From Octopus vulgaris (lineage: Eukaryota), in NCBI GenBank assembly GCA_951406725.2, contig OX597818.1, positions 130,944,001 through 131,008,000 on the forward strand: 64,000 nucleotides of DNA, given 5' to 3'. The position numbers and the translations under genes are program-made. Positions 56,067-64,000 of this stretch are shown in pieces; the first letter of the stretch is position 1; the number at the start of each line of letters is the position of its first letter. The notes below the pieces were generated by a model. The model saw nothing but the letters and a program-made list of their open reading frames with translations. It did no database searches and was not told where the DNA came from.

Positions 56067-56785
56067 GATGTTGGTGGTTGTGGTGGTGCTGGTAGTGATG
56101 GTGGTCGTGGTGTTCGTGGTGGTGGTGATGTTCATAACTGAGATGATAATTCAAAACATATATACATGCTGTCTTTAAATTATATGTACACACATTAAAT
56201 TTAAGAACATGGACAGAGAATCTCCTCATAAATATATGTTACATATTATTGGTATTGAATTTGAATATAATTGCCTTGTTTAAAACAAGGATACAAATAG
56301 CACCAAGCAAAAACATAAACACAAGTAACACCAGACCAGCACCATAGCATATATGTCTCTATATACACAAACATATACTAATGTATACATATAGGATGCA
56401 TTACAATGTATGAATACACATACATACACTTACACACATGCGCGCGTGCTTATATATATATATATATATATATATATGCATGTGTGTGTGTACATATTGC
56501 CGATTATTACATGTGTGTTTGTGTGTATATGTATGTACATATGCATATAACAGTGTGTGTGTGTGTGTGTGTGTAAGTGTGTGTGTGTGCATGTGTGTGC
56601 ACAGATATTAACAATCACTGCTTGAATATAGAACTTTGAATTAATTAGTGTTAAATATTTTCACAACTGACTTTAAGAAAGAAAGAAAGAAAGAAAGAGA
56701 AAGCCAATGAATTCAAAAACAATATACATATATATATATATATACACATATATATATATATATATATATACATATATATATACAC

Positions 56786-56846
<61 letters not shown>

Positions 56847-57450
56847 TATATATATATATATAAATATAAATATATACACACACACACACATATATATGCA
56901 CACACACACACACACACACGTGCACACATATACATACAACACACATACAAGAACACAAATAAATCATAATTCAATAGAATTTCTAAATTCCTGAAAGATC
57001 TTTAGAAAAATTCACATACACTTCCCATAAATAAACACCACTTAAACAAACTTCAGTTCTCCTCTGACCAGTTCCATATCACATATTGCAATTATAATAA
57101 TTACACCGGACCACAATCACAACAGCCTATAAGATACTGTAAAACACAATAACACAAAATTCACATCTCACCATACCACACCATATTGTACCATACCAAC
57201 TATTTAAGGTATCGTAAGATACCTTAAATAGTTTGTGCTATGACTTTTTAAAGAGATGCTGTCTATAAATACAAATAGGTATAGGCATGGCTGTATGGTA
57301 AGAAGTTTGCTTCTTAACCACATGGTTCCAGGTTCACTCCCACTGCTTGGTACATTGGGAAAGTATTTTCCACTTTATCCTCAGAGCAACCAAAGCCTTG
57401 TGAGTGGATGTGATATATAGAAATTAAAAGAAGCCCACTAGGTGTGTGTG

Positions 57451-57496
<46 letters not shown>

Positions 57497-57499
<3 letters not shown>

Positions 57500-57868
57500 C
57501 TTTACTGCCCAGAAGGGGCTAAACATAGAGGGGACAAACAAGGACAGACGAAGGAATTGAGTCAATTAAACCGACCCCAGTGCGAAACTGGTACTTTATT
57601 TAAGATATATATATATATATTGAAAGGTATAATGAATATAAATATATATTTCTTTATGGCCCACAAGGGGCTAAACATAGAGGGGACAAACAAGGACAGA
57701 CAAAGGATTAAGTCGATTACATCGACCCCAGTGCGAAACTGGTGCTTTATTTATCGACCCCGAAAGGATGAAAGGCAAAGTCGACCTCGGCGGAATTTGA
57801 ACTCAGAACGTAACAACAGACGAAATACCACTAAGCATTTCGCCCGGTGCGCTAACGTTTCTGCCAGC
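57497..57868 (-). mobile_element. SINE family B, one full copy and one 3' fragment
   Basis: B motifs in reverse complement at 57648-57868 and 57497-57600. Confidence 0.85.
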
Positions 57869-57921
57869 AGGGCACCCAATGGTAAAATCCAACAGTATAG
57901 AATATACACATATACACGAAT

Positions 57922-58260
57922 GCTGAGACCCCCTTCGGTCATGACTGACCATACGATTACACGTAGAAAATTAGCCTCTTAAGCACAAGTCCGGGCAAGG
58001 ATGTTTATGAAAGACCAGCGGTTGCCTATGCATACTAGCCTCCTCTCTCCAGGCCACCAGTGTTATACAAGGGAAAGGCAAGGGTCGGTACAGCTTGGCA
58101 CCTGTGATGTCGCAACTCATTTCTACTGTTGAGTGAACTAGAGCAACGTGAAATAAAGTGTCTTGCTTAAGAACACAACACGCAACCTGATCTGGGATTT
58201 GAACTCACAACTTCATGATCGCAAACTCAATGCTCTAACCACTATGCCATGTGCCTTCAC
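57922..58260 (-). mobile_element. tRNA-derived SINE (family E core) with a distinct tail
   Basis: tggcatagtggttagagc head, gagttcaaatccc B box, gtgttcttaagcaagacactttatttcac core. Confidence 0.75.
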
Positions 58261-58423
58261 ATATATACACGAATAAAAGGTGATAAAACCTAAAAGGTTT
58301 TTTTTCCTTTCACCTCAGTGTATCACCTGAGCACTTCCAGCTGCAGTCCTGTTTTTATTTTTATTTTTGTTCTTTGGTTTAATGAAATTGCTTTTCAGTT
58401 TAACGAAGTTATAAAATTATCCA

Positions 58424-58471
<48 letters not shown>

Positions 58472-58751
58472 TAATTCTTGTTTTTTCATATAATTTTCAT
58501 CTGTCTTGCCTGCATATTGTTCTGGTGTCCACTGAATTTTTCTCTAGAGAACATTCTTTTCTTTGTAGTTTGATCGCAGGTGATCTACTTCTAGCATATG
58601 GCTAACCACATAGTGGTTTTTTAGCCCTTTAAATATATACATGTATTAGAATTTTCTATGATTCTTCAGATTTTTGTATGCTAGGCTACTGCTTTTAAAT
58701 TGATATTAATTAAATTAATATTCAATTTATCTCCCTCATTATTTAAATGTT

Positions 58752-58782
<31 letters not shown>

Positions 58783-59131
58783 TAATATATAAATATATGC
58801 ATATATACATATACGTACATACCTACATATATATATGTATATATACATGAATGTATGGGTACAGGACATCAAAATAAAGTAGACAAAATGAGAAACGGGA
58901 ACATATAAAACAAAAACATAGAAAACGAACTTTTTTCAAACAACGAAAAAACAAACAGAGCAACGAGACATGTAACATAAAGAACATTCCCTTCATCCGT
59001 TGTCCCCTGTTTTAACTACTCCACATTTTGAACCTTATTTATATGTAGGTATGTACATGTATGTATATATGCATATATTTATATATTATTTATATTATTA
59101 TATGATCAAACGCCACGCATCCAAATAAGCT

Positions 59132-59229
<98 letters not shown>

Positions 59230-59714
59230 CTATATATATATATCAATAATTAAGGGTAAAATCAATTAGTTATTAATTAATTTCACCAAGTAGTGTTCAG
59301 TATGTAAAAGGACCATTCAAGGCATATTCAAAATATTACTTTATATAATTAATGGGTCAGTAAAATAATTTACTTTGCCACATACTGAAATTTTTAGAAA
59401 TAGCAGCCAAAAATTATATAAAGTTATATATATATATATACATATGTATGTATATATATGTGTGTGTGTGTTATATAAATAAATAATTATAAGATCCAAA
59501 GATTGAAGTGTAGGAAGAAAGTTAGCTTCAAGCAATCCATAGTAAATATAAAAACAACTTTCAGGGACAATTGGGTTTTATTGAGATGGAAGGTTGTTGG
59601 ATTGCTTCATATCGAAGTATGAGAAACTGAAAAATTTCTTTTTATATTTCATGGTAGGCGACTAGAGTTACCGGTTATGTGAATAAAAATGCAAGAGTCA
59701 AGGAATGAAGTTGA

Positions 59715-59819
59715 TAAGATCCCAGCTATATATGTTTCATAACAAGCGAAACCTTGGAAGTGTTAATTATCTGAGTGAAGCGTGCATTGCAGGTTACTCA
59801 TCAGGCCAAGGGGATCTTA
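59715..59819 (-). ncRNA. Type I hammerhead ribozyme with long stem II insert, one stem III mismatch
   Basis: UAAGAUCCC-CUU-GGC-CUGAUGA-GUAAC-(about 50 nt)-GUUAU-GAAAC AUAU AUA-GCU-GGGAUCUUA. Confidence 0.65.
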
Positions 59820-59839
59820 ATTGAATGGAAGTTTATATA

Positions 59840-60002
59840 TAGGAGTGGCTGTGTGGCAAGAAACTTGCTTCCCAACAACATTGTTCCAGGTTCAGTCCTA
59901 CCGTGTAACACGTCAAGCAAGTGTCTTCTACTTTAGCCTTGTGCCAACCAAAGCCTTGTGAGAGGATTTGGTAGACAGAAACTGAAAGAAGCCTGTCATA
60001 TT

Positions 60003-60064
<62 letters not shown>

Positions 60065-60290
60065 TATACGTATGTATGTGTATATATACATCTGTATATG
60101 TAAGTATTTGTGTGTTTGTGTTTGTTCACCTGCCATGACTTGACAATTGATATTGGTATGTCCCCATAACTTAGCGGTTTGGCAAAAGCAACCAACAGAA
60201 TAAGTACTAGGCTTATAAAAATAAGTCCTGGGGGTCGATTTGTTCAACTAAAGGTGGTGTTCCAGCATGGCTGCAATAAAACGACTGAAG
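59840..60290 (+). mobile_element. SINE family A, older copy
   Basis: Head, core and tail recognisable. Confidence 0.8.
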
Positions 60291-61356
60291 CATGTTTTTG
60301 ATTTTGCCATCTACACAGTATAGTAGGGTCAGTTGGGTACTGTCTGTGAGTAAAAAAGCACCATGATGTAATTCACTCTTCTATAAATTTGGAAATGGCA
60401 TGTACTGCTTCGCATTAGCACCGGAAGCTCCAATATGAACAAATGGTGAACACACAGAACACCTGCTGGCTTGTCATGACCCCAAAACATGTACCAAGAG
60501 GGATAAAAATTAAAACGTTACATCAAATTTTCATGTGAATTTATGTTCCAAATTTCAGCTTAACAACAATGAAGTTTTTTTACTAAATCCTTCATTATTT
60601 TAAAAATCAATTCAAATAATAAAGGTTGTGTATTTCAACAGAAATATGGTAACAAAAGTGCTAAATCTGTTTTCCATGAATTTGGATACAGAATTATCTG
60701 AGATGACTGGATGCTCATGTCGTCACCAACATTTACCTATTTTTCAAGTCAAGGGATTTCTTCACTCCACAGTTCTTCAAAACTGCAGTGCAATCAGTCA
60801 AGATATCAACAAGGAATATAATATCACTAAAGGTTTTACTCAAGTGGGGACAAGTGTAGCATATGAACATTGCTCCATAACACACACCCACACACACACA
60901 CATATATATATGTGTGTGTGTATATATGCATGCAACAGTTATGTATAGTTTAGCAAGGCAGAGAGATTTGCAAATTCTAAGGAGTCAGATTAAGCCTTGG
61001 GTTAGCTTACACACGCACACACACACACACATAAACACATATGCACATGCATGTGCACACAATGTACAACTGCATGTATATGCATTCATGTACTATTACT
61101 TGGGATTATAAGCTGGCAGCAGAGAGAGGGAGGGAGGGAGGGAGGGAGGGAGAGAGACAGAGAGACAGACAGACAGGAAGGGAGAAGAAGAGAAAGATAG
61201 AGAGGGGGAGTGAGGGAGAGTCCAGGAAGGAGAGGGGAAAGAGAGGACGAGCCAGTTCTCTGCCCATGCAAAACTTTTGGATTGTTGCAAGTAGATCATG
61301 TCTGCGACATTGTACACTCCCACACACAAACACTTAAAGTACAAACACACACACAC

Positions 61357-61401
<45 letters not shown>

Positions 61402-61709
61402 TGTGTGTCTATATATAAATGGCATAAAGGGTGGTTAGACTTGGGTTGTTTTTCCATTAAATACACACTTCAGTGCTAAAATACAGACTCACCGTTTATC
61501 TTGCAGACTGTTGCAAACATGTTTAGTGCATGCCATTATTTCCAAACCATAATTTAACGCTGATGTCCAGTCATTTGGAGTAAGCAACTGGCAGTGTGAA
61601 ACTGTACTATGGTATGGAAGCAACAGCCACCAAAACATATTACACATACATCTATACATACTTATATATACATATATTTATCTATAACAGATATGTGTGT
61701 GTGTGTCTG

Positions 61710-61756
<47 letters not shown>

Positions 61757-61818
61757 ATAGATAGAAATATACATATCAATATATATATGTATATACATAC
61801 ATATATGTATGTTATGCA

Positions 61819-61860
<42 letters not shown>

Positions 61861-61949
61861 AATTTATATATATGAACACATATATATATATATCTAAAGA
61901 GAGAGAGTGGGGTGAGAGTTAGATACACATAAATAAACATGTATATGTA

Positions 61950-61993
<44 letters not shown>

Positions 61994-62688
61994 TAAACAC
62001 ACACATATATAATTGTAAGAACAACAGCAATGCTAAAACAAAGCTAATGACTTAAAAATTATACATATACTGACAAATTCATATATAAATAAAAATAACA
62101 AACAACTCAACTAATTAGAAACTAAATAATGAATAACATCGATATAATTACAACTTATCTCAATGATTTCTCATACGTAATTTTTTTCCTCCTTATTTTA
62201 TTTACATTTGTTATTTTAGATACATTCCAAAAATACAATTTCTGTTGTTTCAATTTATTGCTTCTGTTTTTCTTCTAATTTCAAGCTAATTAGATTTTAC
62301 ATAGACCGTTAAGGATACTTCTCCCATTTAATATTTCAAAACATCTACATAAACCTATTGAAAATCATTAATGATTAATGCTTATTAATACATGAAAATT
62401 GTTATTTTGTTATTATGTATCATAATGATAATGATAATAAGGATAATAATTATGTCGTCATCATCGTCATCATCGTTATTGTTATTAACAACGTTATCAT
62501 TATTTTCATTTTATGTCTGCTTTTCGATGCTATCATGGGTTAGATGGGGTTGTCAAGAGTTCAAGTTAGTTCTTATTCAGTATACAGCCCACCAACCAGA
62601 TGAGATAGGGATCATACCTCACTTGTACATTCCAGTTTTAGGATAGTGTCTAGAGCTAAGATGTACTTTGCATTTTCAAACATTTTAA

Positions 62689-62900
62689 CCCTTTAGCATA
62701 TCCAGTCCTAATATTCTACTTGTCTTATGTTCAAACCGGCCAGATCCAGCCTCTCACACCTACCCTACAATGTCATTCTAAGAATAAACAATCACATCAT
62801 TGAAACCTCAAAGCTACAAAATAAATCATGATTAATGCAAAATAATGTGGATGTACTGTATAAGGATTACATTTGACAGAGTTATAAGAATGTTAAAGGA
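62689..62900. mobile_element. piggyBac-like TTAA MITE
   Basis: TTAA|ccctttagcat...atgttaaagga|TTAA, homologous to 63053-63264. Confidence 0.7.
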
Positions 62901-62996
62901 TTAAAGGATTAAAGGATATACGATATACTGGAAGTATCTTATATTTATGATTTGTAAACAAAGACTCAGTTCTTACAATGATGTCATATCTCTTAA

Positions 62997-63432
62997 CCTT
63001 TTTGTTACTGTGTTTATTTTGAGATGCTCCATTTTTCTTTCATTTACTTTAACCCTTTAGCATTTGAACCGGCCATATCCGGCCAAAAGTATTCTGCCTG
63101 TTTTATGTTCAGATCTGGTCTCTCATACCAACCCTACAATATCGTTTTAAAAATTAACAGCTACCTCATCAAAATCTCATAGCTACAAAATAATGCATGA
63201 TTAGCTCAAAACAATGTGGATAAAGAAGCATTAATTTTAGCAGAATAATGTGAACACTAAAGGGTTAAATATAACCAAGAATTTAGTAAAATAACTTATT
63301 TAAATTTAAGCTAGTGTTAGGAACATAAATTGTGACTCAGGTTTGGTGGAAGATTTTAATTCAAAACTTATAAAAATAAGACATTTGTACTCAGAGCCAG
63401 AGCCGGTTTCAGCCAAGTTGGTAATGAAAAGG
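62997..63432. mobile_element. piggyBac-like TTAA MITE (outer) containing a second TTAA MITE at 63053-63264
   Basis: Outer TTAA|cctttttgttac...gtaatgaaaagg|TTAA; inner TTAA|ccctttagcatt...aacactaaaggg|TTAA. Confidence 0.78.
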
Positions 63433-63597
63433 TTAACCTAAGCCTAAGAAATTCAAGAGCTAGCACTCAGCTCAGAATGTAAAAGTGACTGTTTTGGGAG
63501 GACAAGGTTATTATTCTTCTTGATTTTCTGAAATATAAACTGGAACTCCATCAGTTACAATGAAGGGGTTCCAGCCGATCTGACCAATGGAATAGCC

Positions 63598-63990
63598 TCT
63601 CTTTCTCTCTTTTACTTGTTTCAGTCATTTGACTGTGGCCATGCTGGAGCACCATCTTTAGTCGAGCAAATCGACCCCAGGACTTATTCTTTGGAAGCCT
63701 AGTACTTATTCTATTGGTCTCTTTTGCTGAACTGCTAAGTTACGGGGACGTAAACAGACCACCATTGGTTGTCAAGCAATGTTGGGGGGACAAACAGACA
63801 CACCAACACAAATACACATATATATATACATATATATGATGGGCTTCTTTCAGTTTCCGTTTACCAAATCCACTCACAAGGCTTTGGTCAGCCTGAGGCT
63901 ATAGTAGAAGACACTTGCCCAAGGTACTATGCAGTGGGACTGAACCCAGAAACTTGTGGTTTGTAAGCAAGCTACTTACCACACAGCCAT
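63598..63990 (-). mobile_element. SINE family A
   Basis: Reverse complement of an essentially complete A element. Confidence 0.88.
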
Positions 63991-64000
63991 GGTTGTTTGC

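Noticed and set aside
58590-58684. Minus-strand CUGAAGA with AACCAC-UAU-GUGGUU hairpin and outer CUAGCAUA/UAUGCUAG pairing
   Set aside because: No G12, no stem II and no pairing adjacent to the core; too degenerate to call.
58855-59040. TA-embedded island with CGGAUGAAGGG on the minus strand as a possible hammerhead
   Set aside because: Core elements are mutated and in the wrong order; the stems could not be assembled.

Overview
This is animal (eukaryotic) non-coding DNA, not a prokaryotic locus. The density of (TA)n/(CA)n/(GAT)n/(ACT)n/(CAC)n microsatellites and the repeat families look like a coleoid cephalopod, most likely Octopus; that assignment is an inference from recalled repeat content. 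Nearly all ORF-track entries are microsatellite translation artefacts, and no intact protein-coding gene can be supported. Identifiable content: (i) several tRNA-derived SINE families, labelled here A, B and D/E, many with target-site duplications (TSDs); (ii) 5'-truncated LINEs (RTE, RTE-BovB-like, two CR1-group), including many RTE 3'-UTR fragments carrying a variable minisatellite; (iii) an internally deleted mariner, nested TTAA piggyBac-like MITEs, hAT-like remnants, a non-autonomous Helitron and a Helitron RepHel pseudogene fragment; (iv) large higher-order microsatellites. The most notable signal is a set of mutually unrelated short elements, mostly next to (TA)n or other simple repeats, that carry type I hammerhead ribozyme motifs with palindromic stem III. 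The best is a 362-bp terminally redundant, retrozyme-like unit (7312-7747) with an apparently intact hammerhead whose core has the compensatory U3-A8 pair. A LINE/SINE partner pair with a covarying 3' stem-loop is also visible. A speculative chain of minus-strand microexons lies at 34.7-45.7 kb. Boundaries of decayed repeats are approximate.
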